A stretch of DNA of 64,000 nt from Clostridia bacterium (GTDB lineage Bacteria > Bacillota > Clostridia > Oscillospirales > CAG-272): positions 1 through 64,000 of the forward strand of contig JAFQDF010000037.1 in assembly GCA_017416185.1 (NCBI GenBank), read 5' to 3'. Positions 37,570-47,229 of the stretch are shown piece by piece (position 1 is the stretch's first letter; every line of letters starts with the position of its first letter). The position numbers and the translations under genes are program-made. The notes below the pieces were generated by a model. The model saw only the letters and a program-made list of their open reading frames with translations. It did no database searches and was not told the DNA's origin.

Positions 37570-38250
37570 TTACCTTTCTATAATTGCAACTCTCGGATTT
37601 CCACCGTAATCGTTATAAACCTTACAGTCACACAGGTCCATAATAGCCTGTTTTTGATCATACCCTATCTCAAGTATCATAACTTCGGGATTATAATCAC
37701 GAATGAGTATTCGATAAAAATCCATTCCGTCTGCTCCGCCGTCAAGGGCAAGCTCAGGTTCATACCGTGTAACCTCAAGGGTAGGAACTACATCACTTTG
37801 TATATAGGGGGGATTAGACAGTATAACGTCAAAATCGCCAGCTACTATATCCTTTTGTATATCAATACATACAAATCTGCACCTGTCTGTCAGTCCCATA
37901 CGCCCGGCATTAACCTTTGCCATCTCAAGAGCATCCTCGGATATATCAGCAAAGGTACATACCGTATCCCTTGTATGCTTAAGCACACTTAAACCAATAC
38001 AACCGCTACCACAACAGATATCGGCAATACGATTTCCCGGTTTTACATGCTTCAGTGCGTGCTCAACAAGATGCTCCGTGTCGGGTCGCGGAATAAGACA
38101 AGCGTTGTTCAGCTTAAAGCTATCATCCCAGAAATACCATTCACCAATAACATAGGCAAGGGGCTCTCCTGAATCTACACGCAATTTTGCTTTTTCCAGC
38201 TCCTGCCCTTCAAAATGCTCTTTTAAAAAGGAAAGCTCGCGGTCAGTCAT
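37570..38250 (-). CDS. prmC: Release-factor glutamine N5-methyltransferase (HemK/PrmC family)
   Basis: NPPY motif, with GSGCIGLS in the SAM motif I position. Its start at MTDRELSF overlaps the stop of the upstream DUF1385 gene (ATGACTGA). Confidence 0.8.
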   Translation of the reverse strand: MTDRELSFLKEHFEGQELEKAKLRVDSGEPLAYVIGEWYFWDDSFKLNNACLIPRPDTEHLVEHALKHVKPGNRIADICCGSGCIGLSVLKHTRDTVCTFADISEDALEMAKVNAGRMGLTDRCRFVCIDIQKDIVAGDFDVILSNPPYIQSDVVPTLEVTRYEPELALDGGADGMDFYRILIRDYNPEVMILEIGYDQKQAIMDLCDCKVYNDYGGNPRVAIIER

Positions 38251-39265
38251 TGTTTTCTGCGGGTTCCTCTGCTGTTTCTTCTGCTTTTTTGAGATTTTCC
38301 TCGGTGGGAGGAACAAAATCGGGAAATTCCTCGGGAAGTGCGGTTTTAAGCGCTATGATAGCAACTTCGATCTGATCAAGATCGGGCTCACGGGTAGTGA
38401 TACGCTGCATCAGAAGACCGGGGGCTGAAAGCATACGTATAAACCAGTTATCGTGCTTGCCCGCAAACATTATAAACTCAAAGCCAAGACCTATGGCTAC
38501 AGGCATCAGGGGAAGCTTGATAAGCAGACGCAGCCAGATGTTATCCCAAGGAACAAAAGGCAACGAGAATATAAGCACACTGATTATAAGCATTACAAAC
38601 ATAAAGCTTGTTCCGCAACGGGGGTGATGCTTGCTGTGCTTCTTGACGTTCTCGGGGGTAAGCTCCTCTCCTGCCTCGTAGCAGAAAATGGATTTATGCT
38701 CAGCACCGTGATATTCAAAGGTGCGGCGGATGTCCTTCATAAGAGAAACAAGGGCGAGATAAGCTATAAAAATGCCTATCTTAAGAACACCCTCAATAAG
38801 ATTTTTCCAAGCGCCGAGATCTGTACCGATGAGCTTTTCTATCCCCTTGGTGATAAGACTGGGCAGGAACATAAACAAACCGAGTGCCAATGCAACACCA
38901 AGCACCGAGGCTATGACCATAACGAAATCCATAAGCGACTTGCCGAATTTCTTTTCAAGCCATTTTTCAAACTTCGTAGGCTCTTCGTCTATACCCTCAC
39001 CGTACACCTCTGCAGAAATGTTCAGAACCTTGAAGCTGAGAACGAAGGATTCTATCATTCCCACAACGCCTCGGATTATAGGCAGATTAAGGATCTTATA
39101 CTTTTTACGGACAGAGATATGCTTTTCCTTGGTAACTACAACGGTTCCGTCCTCTTTACGCACGGCAACGCCCATAGTTCCGTCCTTACCTTTCATCATA
39201 ACGCCCTCGAGTACAGCTTCTCCTCCGACGGTACCCAGACGGCAATTCATTTCTTTCTTTGACAT
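38243..39265 (-). CDS. DUF1385 (YqhQ-like) membrane-associated protein
   Basis: HGAEHKSI and HPRCGTSF motifs; multi-TM. The start at MSKKEM has an AAGAGG RBS. Confidence 0.7.
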   Translation of the reverse strand: MSKKEMNCRLGTVGGEAVLEGVMMKGKDGTMGVAVRKEDGTVVVTKEKHISVRKKYKILNLPIIRGVVGMIESFVLSFKVLNISAEVYGEGIDEEPTKFEKWLEKKFGKSLMDFVMVIASVLGVALALGLFMFLPSLITKGIEKLIGTDLGAWKNLIEGVLKIGIFIAYLALVSLMKDIRRTFEYHGAEHKSIFCYEAGEELTPENVKKHSKHHPRCGTSFMFVMLIISVLIFSLPFVPWDNIWLRLLIKLPLMPVAIGLGFEFIMFAGKHDNWFIRMLSAPGLLMQRITTREPDLDQIEVAIIALKTALPEEFPDFVPPTEENLKKAEETAEEPAENND

Positions 39266-39459
39266 TTTATTTTTCCTCTTAATATTTATTCTTCCCATCT
39301 ATATTATACAATTATAGCATATATTTTTATAAATGTATATATTTTTTGAAAATAATTATATATTTTTATTGTTAGAACTTGATTTTTACCAAATAATATA
39401 TTATTATAATAATGTTAACCAAATATCAATATGATAATGATTCTCAGGAGGATATATTT

Positions 39460-40554
39460 ATGGCAAACACAATCAAGAAGATAGGTGTTCTTACATCCGG
39501 CGGCGACGCCCCCGGTATGAGCTCTGCCGTAAGAGCCGTTGCACTTGCCGCTCTTAATCAGGGCCTCGAGGTAGTAGCTATCTACGAGGGCTACAAGGGA
39601 CTTATCTACAACAACATCAAGAGTATCTCAAACATTGATGTCCTCAATTTTGTAAACGCAGGCGGTACAACTCTCCTGTCCGACAGATGTGACGAATTCA
39701 AGACTGAGGAAGGTATGCAGAAGGCTATCGCTACTTGTAAGGAAGAAGGCATAGACGCAATCATTGCTATCGGCGGCGACGGTACCTTCAGAGGTGCAAC
39801 CGACTTAAGCCACAGAGGAATTCCTACTATCGGTATCCCTGCAACCATTGACAACGATATCACGTCCACCGACTACGCTCTCGGTTTTGACACAGCTATG
39901 AACACCAATCTTATGCTTGGTGACAGACTTCGTGACACCTGCTGGTCTCACGCAAGATGTAACGTTATCGAGATCATGGGCAGAGGCGCAGGCTATTTAG
40001 CACTTCAGTCCGGTATAGCTCTCGGTGCAACCGTGATCGCTATACCCGAGTGCGACTTTGACGAAGAAGCGGCTATGGCTAAGCTCAAGGCAGCAAGAGC
40101 GGCTGGACAGCGCAGCTTTATCATCGCAGTTGCAGAAGGCTTCCCCGAAAAGGACGGTGTTCCCTACGGTGAATATCTCACCAAGAGAATCAACACCGAG
40201 ACAAAGGCAGAGGGTGCTTGGATCGACACCAAGTTCTGCCGTCCCGCACATATGGTACGCGGCGGCGCTCCCACACTCCGTGACAGACTTATGGCTGCTC
40301 AGTTCGCAGAAAAGGCTGTTGAGCTTATTCTCGCAGGCAAGAGCGACGTTGTTGTTTGCGCAAGAGACGGTAAGATCATTGAGACAGATATATCCTATGC
40401 TCTCATCCTTGACAGAATGAACAAGGGCAAGCTTAAGGACGGAGATCTTGAAAAGTTCACACCCGAACAGGTAGAGGCTATGAAGGCTTTCTGTGCTATG
40501 CGTAAGGACGAGCTTAACAAGATGTATGCTCTCGCAGAGCTTATCTCTCACTAA
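39460..40554 (+). CDS. pfkA: ATP-dependent 6-phosphofructokinase
   Basis: IKKIGVLTSGGDAPGMSSAVRAV...IGGDGTFRGA...GIPATIDNDI...MGRGAGYLAL; it aligns along the whole of canonical PfkA. Confidence 0.9.
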   Translation: MANTIKKIGVLTSGGDAPGMSSAVRAVALAALNQGLEVVAIYEGYKGLIYNNIKSISNIDVLNFVNAGGTTLLSDRCDEFKTEEGMQKAIATCKEEGIDAIIAIGGDGTFRGATDLSHRGIPTIGIPATIDNDITSTDYALGFDTAMNTNLMLGDRLRDTCWSHARCNVIEIMGRGAGYLALQSGIALGATVIAIPECDFDEEAAMAKLKAARAAGQRSFIIAVAEGFPEKDGVPYGEYLTKRINTETKAEGAWIDTKFCRPAHMVRGGAPTLRDRLMAAQFAEKAVELILAGKSDVVVCARDGKIIETDISYALILDRMNKGKLKDGDLEKFTPEQVEAMKAFCAMRKDELNKMYALAELISH

Positions 40555-40670
40555 TTGAAATAAATATGTATAAAGAAGGGTATTTTTTGTAAATATCCTT
40601 CTTTTTTCTTGATTTTAGTTTTATAAAGTGGTATAATTATGTATTATAATATTTTATCAGGGAGTTTAAT

Positions 40671-42839
40671 ATGAAAGGTATTAAAAGAATCACAGCCATA
40701 GGATTGTGTATACTGTTCCTTATTCTGTCTATTCCGGTTATGGGTCTCGCAGGTTACAACGATCCGGATTCCGTATTCGGTAATCTGTTCAGCTTTGTAT
40801 CAACAGTTGCGGAAACAGGATATTCCGTTGACCGTGACGGAAATAACAGCTATCTGTATTTTGACGGAGAAAAGGTTACCGATATAGGTATGCACTTCGA
40901 CGGTACGGACTATTATTACGTCTTAACCGATTCCACCCTTGCCTGTGGAGAAAAAATTTATGCATACAATAACAACGGTCTGCTTGACAAGGCATACTAC
41001 TACTTTGAAGATGACTGTAAAATGAGGAAAGACGGTTGGCTTGAGCTGGACGAGGGTACTCTCCACTACGAGAACGGTATTATTTCTCAGGGTCTTACCA
41101 AGATAGACGATGATTTCTATTTCTTTGAGCTTAACCGAGGTTATCTCTTAAAGGACCGGGATATATTCGTAAATGACGACAATAAGTATAATGTAAAGCC
41201 CGGAACCTATAGCTTTGATGCACAGGGCAAAATGACAGGCGAGGCAGTAATATTACCCGACCTCGGAAAGGGCGCCACCGCTACCGGTATAGTAATGTAC
41301 AATACCTTCTCGGACGATATGATGTTCCAGAGAGATCAGAGCCTGTCGGTATGGGGACTGGCGGATGCATCAAGCGGCAAGGTCATTGTAGAGTTTGCGG
41401 GTCAGACAGCTGAGGCTACGGTCAATGCCGACCGCACATGGAAGGCGACCTTTGACAATACCTTCCCCTACAGTACCACACCAAGGGATATGACCATCCA
41501 CGGTGCGGATGCAGATGTAGTTCTGAAGGATGTGCTTATAGGTGACGTATATTACGTTATCGGTCAGTCAAATGTTTTCTACGATATGCAGGTACAGATC
41601 AACGATCTTGCTGTCAACGGCGGAAGCATGAGCTATGATTTTGACGACAGCCGTAACCTTCGTTTCTACCGTAATTCGGCTCTTTATACCGCAGGTCTTA
41701 CCGGTATTCTTGCCCAGGGTACTACCACCGAGTTCGTTGATGCTGTGGTAGATTACAACTGGATGACCCCCTCCGATGTTGAAGAAAACCTTTCAAGCTC
41801 TGCAAATCAGGATAATACCCACCGTGCTTTTTCCGCACTGGGATATCTTTTGGCATATAATCTTTCAAACAAAACGGACGTGCCCATCGGTATCATTGAG
41901 ATCGATGCAGCAGGTATGCCCCTGACCGCCTTTGCTCCCAACAGCCTTGCAGATAAATGGGGAGACGATACGATGGATCCCGCAACAGGCATCTATACCT
42001 ACAACCTCAGACAAGGTATGGCACAGCCCACAATGAAATCCAGATTTGTATACAATCAGCTTATCAATCCCTTAAAGGGCTTTTCCACTGCCGGTGTTGT
42101 ATGGTATCAGGGAGAGTCCGACCTTCTGAACCATATCGGATTATGGGGCGAGGACCACAAGACCTTTGCATACCAGTTCACCGAGCTTATGACCTATTAC
42201 CGTAACAATTTCGGTGACGGCAGCTATGATTTTCCTGTTTATATGATAGAGATCCCTGCCTGCTTCTCCAACAGCGGACAGAACGCATATCTCACAATGG
42301 GCGGTGTAAGAAGCGACCAGGGTGTGATAAGTAAGTTGCTGGATAATTTCCATCTTGTATCCTCCGCAGATTTCTTCTCAAATATAACCTGGCCAAACTC
42401 CCTGCACCCTTACATAAAGCATCTCCAGGCACAGCGCCTTGCAAATATTGTAGCCGCAGACAGATATAATGTAAGTAATATGGCGGCAGTTCAGGGTCCC
42501 TACTTCGATTCTGCTTCCTACGGAGCAAATACCGTGACGGTAAGCTTTTCAAATGTCGGAAGCGGTCTTAAGGTATACGAAAACGGCAAGCTGTACGGCT
42601 TTGAGGTATGTACAGGCAAAGATGCAAACGGCTTCCTTGTCTGGGAATATGCCGAAGGTGCTGCAGTCAGCGGTACAAATACTGTAACCGTAACTCATTC
42701 AAAGAGCTTTAACGGTGTAAGATATCACGCACAGGACGAGGCATACTATCCCGGTATTCCCGGATTTGACACATTCTGCGCAACTCTTGCAGGTGGTAAC
42801 GGCATACCCGCAACAGCATTTGTTGATATGAAGGATTAA
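40671..42839 (+). CDS. Secreted protein with N-terminal cell-wall-binding-like repeats and a sialate O-acetylesterase (SASA/DUF303, SGNH-like) domain
   Basis: Signal peptide MKGIKRITAIGLCILFLILSIPVMGLAG. Aromatic-rich repeats (YYYVLTD, YYYFEDD, FYFFELN). Esterase motifs VYYVIGQSNV and VVWYQGESD. Confidence 0.55.
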   Translation: MKGIKRITAIGLCILFLILSIPVMGLAGYNDPDSVFGNLFSFVSTVAETGYSVDRDGNNSYLYFDGEKVTDIGMHFDGTDYYYVLTDSTLACGEKIYAYNNNGLLDKAYYYFEDDCKMRKDGWLELDEGTLHYENGIISQGLTKIDDDFYFFELNRGYLLKDRDIFVNDDNKYNVKPGTYSFDAQGKMTGEAVILPDLGKGATATGIVMYNTFSDDMMFQRDQSLSVWGLADASSGKVIVEFAGQTAEATVNADRTWKATFDNTFPYSTTPRDMTIHGADADVVLKDVLIGDVYYVIGQSNVFYDMQVQINDLAVNGGSMSYDFDDSRNLRFYRNSALYTAGLTGILAQGTTTEFVDAVVDYNWMTPSDVEENLSSSANQDNTHRAFSALGYLLAYNLSNKTDVPIGIIEIDAAGMPLTAFAPNSLADKWGDDTMDPATGIYTYNLRQGMAQPTMKSRFVYNQLINPLKGFSTAGVVWYQGESDLLNHIGLWGEDHKTFAYQFTELMTYYRNNFGDGSYDFPVYMIEIPACFSNSGQNAYLTMGGVRSDQGVISKLLDNFHLVSSADFFSNITWPNSLHPYIKHLQAQRLANIVAADRYNVSNMAAVQGPYFDSASYGANTVTVSFSNVGSGLKVYENGKLYGFEVCTGKDANGFLVWEYAEGAAVSGTNTVTVTHSKSFNGVRYHAQDEAYYPGIPGFDTFCATLAGGNGIPATAFVDMKD

Positions 42840-42846
42840 CTGCAAT

Positions 42847-42877
42847 AAGAAAAAGCCCTTTGAAAGGGCTTTTTCTT
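42847..42877. terminator. Bidirectional terminator (AAGAAAAAGCCCTTT-GAAAGGGCTTTTTCTT)
   Basis: Perfect 14-bp stem between convergent genes. Confidence 0.8.
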
Positions 42878-42885
42878 ATTGCTTA

Positions 42886-44262
42886 TTATTTGTCATTTAC
42901 TATTGAGTATGCGATCTTGCATACGTCTCCGGCTCCCATTGTAAGGATCAGGTCACCTTTTTTTGCATTTGCCTTAAGATATTCGGCAATATTCTCAAAA
43001 GAGCCTAAATACAGCGCCTTATCCCCTGCCCTCTTGGCAAGCAACTCGGCGGAAACACCGAGGGTATCGGTCTCTCTTGCGGCAAAGATATCCGCAAAGA
43101 TAACCGTATCTATACTGTCAAAGGCACGGGCAAACTCGTCAAAGAGTCCTGCGGTACGGCTGTAGGTATGGGACTGGAAAACACACCATATCTTATTATA
43201 TCCGCGTTTTACCACACCTTCAAGGGTGGTCTTTATTTCACTGGGATGATGGGCGTAGTCGTCATAAACATCTATTCCGTTATACTTGCCTATATACTCA
43301 AAACGACGGTTGGCACCCTTAAAACAGGCAAGTGCGTTTGCCACAGGCTCAAAGGGCAAGCCGCATATATCCGACACAGCCACCGTTACAAGAGCATCAA
43401 GCACACTATGCTCTCCCGGAACTCCGAGAGTAACTCTGCCCAAATTCACTGCACCTTTGATAACGTCAAAGCTTCCAAATCCGTGATCGTAGCTTATATC
43501 AACGGCGTTGTATTCCGCTTCGTTACCCTTGGTGCTGACACGGATAAGCTGACCATCATAGTCCGCACAGGCCTCGACCGTATAATCATCATCGATGTTG
43601 ACGACTGCAGTCTCAGCAAGCGCAAGATAACGCCTGAAGGACTCTACGGTCTGCTCCATAGACAGAAAATAATCAACGTGGTCGCGGTCTACATTAAGCA
43701 CCACCGCAATGCTGGGAAAGAAGGAAAGGAAGGAGTCGGTATATTCACACGCCTCAAAGATGAAATGATCTTTGCCCCCAACTCGGTAGGCTCCTCCGTC
43801 AAGCATCTTAAGACGTACACCGTTAACAATGGTGGGGTCAACGCCCGCTGTCATAAAAGCTTCTGATATCATAGACGTCGTCGTACTTTTTCCGTGCATA
43901 CCCGCAACGCCTATACGGTTCTTGTACGCCTGCATTATATAGCCCAAAAATTCGGCTCTCTTGATACGGGGCAAACCCAACTCGATCGCTCTTGCCATCT
44001 CGGGATTATCGTCGTGGACGGCGGCAGTATAAACTACTGCTTCGCATCCCTCAATATTTGAAGCCTCGTGGGCATATATGACCTTTATTCCTGCCGACTC
44101 TAATTTTTCCGTAGCCTCGCTCCTTGTTCGATCGGAGCCTGTAACCTCAAATCCGCGGTCCTTCGCTATCATAGCCAAGCTGGACATACTGATGCCGCCG
44201 ATACCAATAAAATGAAGCTTTTTAACTTTCGATAACAGTTCGTTTAACTCGGTTTTATTCAT
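42886..44262 (-). CDS. murC: UDP-N-acetylmuramate--L-alanine ligase
   Basis: HFIGIGGISMSSLA...GMHGKSTTTSMI. Confidence 0.9.
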   Translation of the reverse strand: MNKTELNELLSKVKKLHFIGIGGISMSSLAMIAKDRGFEVTGSDRTRSEATEKLESAGIKVIYAHEASNIEGCEAVVYTAAVHDDNPEMARAIELGLPRIKRAEFLGYIMQAYKNRIGVAGMHGKSTTTSMISEAFMTAGVDPTIVNGVRLKMLDGGAYRVGGKDHFIFEACEYTDSFLSFFPSIAVVLNVDRDHVDYFLSMEQTVESFRRYLALAETAVVNIDDDYTVEACADYDGQLIRVSTKGNEAEYNAVDISYDHGFGSFDVIKGAVNLGRVTLGVPGEHSVLDALVTVAVSDICGLPFEPVANALACFKGANRRFEYIGKYNGIDVYDDYAHHPSEIKTTLEGVVKRGYNKIWCVFQSHTYSRTAGLFDEFARAFDSIDTVIFADIFAARETDTLGVSAELLAKRAGDKALYLGSFENIAEYLKANAKKGDLILTMGAGDVCKIAYSIVNDK

Positions 44263-44465
44263 TGGAAAGCCTTTCTGTGTTGTACAAAATTACACATTTT
44301 ATACAGTTATTTTACTTTTTTTGTATGATTTATATAAAATATTAATATATTTATAATTATGACTTATTGAATAATTCACAATTATCTTGTATAATTTTAC
44401 CATAGCAACGGACAAGCTGCTACCCGGCAACCGTAAGCGTATTTCAATAAGGAGGAAAAAAGCCC

Positions 44466-44756
44466 GTGGAAATTACTGACATCAAGATTAGAAAACTTTT
44501 CAACGAGGAAGGTCCTATGAAAGCTATCGCTTCCGTAACCTTCGACCATCAGCTTGCGGTACATGACATCAAAGTAATAAATGCACGTGAAAAGTTATTC
44601 ATCGTAATGCCCTCACGCAAGAACCCCGACGGTACATACCGCGACATAGTTCATCCCATCAACGCTGATTTCAGAGCACATTTGGAAAACGGCGTTATCG
44701 AGGCATACGAACGCGAGCTCGCTGAACAGGCAGCAAACGATTATGCTGAAGCATAA
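44466..44756 (+). CDS. spoVG: Septation protein SpoVG
   Basis: EITDIKIRKLFNEEGPMKAIASVTFDHQLAVHDIKVINAREKLFIVMPSRK. GTG start with an AAGGAGG RBS. Confidence 0.9.
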   Translation: MEITDIKIRKLFNEEGPMKAIASVTFDHQLAVHDIKVINAREKLFIVMPSRKNPDGTYRDIVHPINADFRAHLENGVIEAYERELAEQAANDYAEA

Positions 44757-44789
44757 TTAAAATGCAAAATTCAAAATGCAGAATTTAGG

Positions 44790-44813
44790 AGCTTTCCGCA
44801 TAAGCGGAAAGCT
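44790..44813. terminator. Bidirectional terminator (AGCTTTCCGC-ATAA-GCGGAAAGCT)
   Basis: 10-bp stem. Confidence 0.7.
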
Positions 44814-44822
44814 TCTTTTAAT

Positions 44823-45446
44823 TTATTCTCTTGTATCGATAAAGAATTCCTTGAAATAAGGAAGGTTCTCTATAAGATCGCACAAAACGTGCCACTCGTC
44901 AAGCTTGTGGCTCTTTCTTGCATAGTATATGTTGGCTAAGTTCTCATAATTCAGCGTACAGGTGCGCATCTGATTGTAGCTTGAGGGCAGGAACTGTATC
45001 ATATCGTACCAATATTTTTTGTCCTTATCCGCAAGATACTTCTGACGAAGCACTTCCATATATTCAACGACCTTCACAAACTCAGCCCTGCACTCCTCGG
45101 TCATATGATCACAGCTGAAATCGTCAAGGGTAAATTCTTTAGAGTGTATCTTATGCATAGTGGAGGTTGAATTGGCAACGGTACCTACCTTGTAGGTATC
45201 AAACTCCTTCCACCAATAGAGAGGAGCCGTGATATCGACGGATACGAATATCTGTCTGACAAACTTACGGTGATCCGAGCCTGCTTTGCAGAGGCGCATA
45301 CAGAGGCCGAGATCGTTTTCACCTAAAATATAATTTCCTTTTTCGTCATAAGAGGAATCCATTTTATCCCAGCTGTTCATAGGGTTACGTGCTCCTCTGA
45401 CAGCGTTTTCAAAATTCATTACACTGACCTTTTCAAGCTTTATCAT
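44823..45446 (-). CDS. Hypothetical cytoplasmic protein (207 aa), no recognisable family
   Basis: Good AAGGAG RBS. It is Cys/Trp/Tyr-rich (WWKEFDTYKVG, DDFSCDHMTEECRAEF). I could not place it. Confidence 0.5.
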   Translation of the reverse strand: MIKLEKVSVMNFENAVRGARNPMNSWDKMDSSYDEKGNYILGENDLGLCMRLCKAGSDHRKFVRQIFVSVDITAPLYWWKEFDTYKVGTVANSTSTMHKIHSKEFTLDDFSCDHMTEECRAEFVKVVEYMEVLRQKYLADKDKKYWYDMIQFLPSSYNQMRTCTLNYENLANIYYARKSHKLDEWHVLCDLIENLPYFKEFFIDTRE

Positions 45447-45574
45447 ATCTAAACTCCTTACACTTTAATTATATATATATTATCATATTTAACCAACACC
45501 TGTCAACATTTAAAAAAATATTGACAAATCACAGCCTTGATAGCATAATATATTTACGGAAAGGCGGTATAAAT

Positions 45575-46171
45575 ATGAAAATATATGATATATCACAGGA
45601 AATATTCAGCTGCGAGGTCTATCCCGGAGACCCTGCACCTAAAAAGGAGACACTGGCATCTATAAACAAAAGGGATGTCTGCAATCTTACCGCCTTTTAT
45701 ATGTGTGCCCACAACGGTACTCATATAGACGCTCCCTATCATTTTTTCGCAGACGGTAAGACCGTGGATATGCTGCCTCTTGAAAAAACTGTGGGCGAGG
45801 CTTACGTTGTCGGGCATAAGGGTGATATCGGAGCCGAGGATGCCGAAAGGATGCTGAAAAAAGCAGACGGAATAAGCCGTATACTCATTAAAGGCGACGT
45901 TACGGTAACAGCCGAAGCAGCTAAAGTCTTTGCCGAAGCGGAAATTGACCTTTTAGGCAACGAAAGTCAGACGGTAGGTCCGAAGGACGCACCTATGGAG
46001 GTTCATAAAATACTTTTGTCAAAGGATATAGTTCTCCTTGAGGGAATACGCCTCGGTGACGTTCCCGAAGGCGTATATACGCTCTGCGCCCAGCCTATTG
46101 ATCTCGGAGGCTGCGACGGTGCCCCCGTTAGAGCAATACTTATCGGAGATAAGTATTGCAGTGAAAAGTGA
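45575..46171 (+). CDS. Cyclase-family protein (kynurenine formamidase/arylformamidase-like, PF04199)
   Basis: HNGTHIDAPYH metal-binding motif. Confidence 0.7.
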   Translation: MKIYDISQEIFSCEVYPGDPAPKKETLASINKRDVCNLTAFYMCAHNGTHIDAPYHFFADGKTVDMLPLEKTVGEAYVVGHKGDIGAEDAERMLKKADGISRILIKGDVTVTAEAAKVFAEAEIDLLGNESQTVGPKDAPMEVHKILLSKDIVLLEGIRLGDVPEGVYTLCAQPIDLGGCDGAPVRAILIGDKYCSEK

Positions 46172-46193
46172 AGAGTGAAAAGTGAAGAGTGAA
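46159..46193. repeat. Short tandem repeat, GTGAAAAGTGAAGAGTGAAAAGTGAAGAGTGAAGG, at the 3' end of the cyclase gene
   Basis: Read directly; it is followed by a terminator. Confidence 0.6.
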
Positions 46194-46197
46194 GGAG

Positions 46198-46229
46198 GAT
46201 TTTTGACCGAAAGTCAAAAATCTTCTTTT
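46198..46229 (+). terminator. Intrinsic terminator (GATTTTTGAC-CGAAA-GTCAAAAATC plus TTCTTTT)
   Basis: 10-bp stem with a T-run. Confidence 0.75.
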
Positions 46230-46366
46230 ATTACACGGATAGTTCGGAAAGTGAACGATCCATTATAATTGTTTTTACATTATTAACCTATAAAACTATT
46301 GTAATATTTTTAATTTTGTGATATCATATAATAGATTATAATTTCATTAAGGTAGGTAGATATAAT

Positions 46367-47209
46367 ATGTCAAAGTGGTTATTCGTTATAATCAGCGGTA
46401 TAATTCAGGGTCTTGCAGAATTTCTGCCCATATCAAGCTCGGGACATCTTTCCCTGTTTCAGAATTTCTTTGGTATGGATGAGATCCCCATGACCTTCGA
46501 TATAATGCTTCATCTCGGAACTCTTGCCGCTGTTTTTATCGTATACCGCAAGGATATATTCCCTCTTGTACCCGCCTTCTTCTCAATGCTGGGCAAGGTA
46601 TTCAAAGGCAAGTTTAAATTAAGCGAGGCAACGGTTCACGAGCGTTTCGTGCTTATGGTGCTTATCGCTACCCTTCCCCTTATATTGATCGTTCCCTTTA
46701 CCGATTATATAGATCTTATCGGTCAGACCAGCTGGGCGATCGGATGTATACTCATCTTTAACGGAGTTATGCTGTTCGTTTCGGATAAGCTTGCCAGCGG
46801 TAAGGTGAACGGAGAAAACGTAAAGCCCCGCAACGCTCTCGTTACAGGTCTGTTCCAGATGTGTGCGACCCTCCCCGGACTTTCCCGCTCCGGCTCCACC
46901 ATCACAGGCGGTCTGACACAGGGCTTTAACCGTGAGTATGCAGTTAAGTTCTCCTTCATTATGAGTATCCCCGCCATCCTCGGTGCCGCTGTCACCGATA
47001 TCCCCGACGTTATGGAGGGTGCTATTGCAAAAGCCGATATTCTCCCCTTTATCGTAGGAACCCTCGTGGCTTTTGTCAGCGGAATCGCGGCAATGAAGCT
47101 GCTCATCTACATATCAAAAAAATCAAATTTCAGAATTTTCTCCGTATATTGCCTTATCGTAGGCGCTCTTATAATCGTCCTTGATCTCTGCAATATAACG
47201 TTTGCTTAA
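46367..47209 (+). CDS. uppP: Undecaprenyl-diphosphate phosphatase
   Basis: GLAEFLPISSSGHL ... PGLSRSGSTITGG. Confidence 0.9.
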   Translation: MSKWLFVIISGIIQGLAEFLPISSSGHLSLFQNFFGMDEIPMTFDIMLHLGTLAAVFIVYRKDIFPLVPAFFSMLGKVFKGKFKLSEATVHERFVLMVLIATLPLILIVPFTDYIDLIGQTSWAIGCILIFNGVMLFVSDKLASGKVNGENVKPRNALVTGLFQMCATLPGLSRSGSTITGGLTQGFNREYAVKFSFIMSIPAILGAAVTDIPDVMEGAIAKADILPFIVGTLVAFVSGIAAMKLLIYISKKSNFRIFSVYCLIVGALIIVLDLCNITFA

Positions 47210-47229
47210 TTCACAATAAGGAAGTAAAA

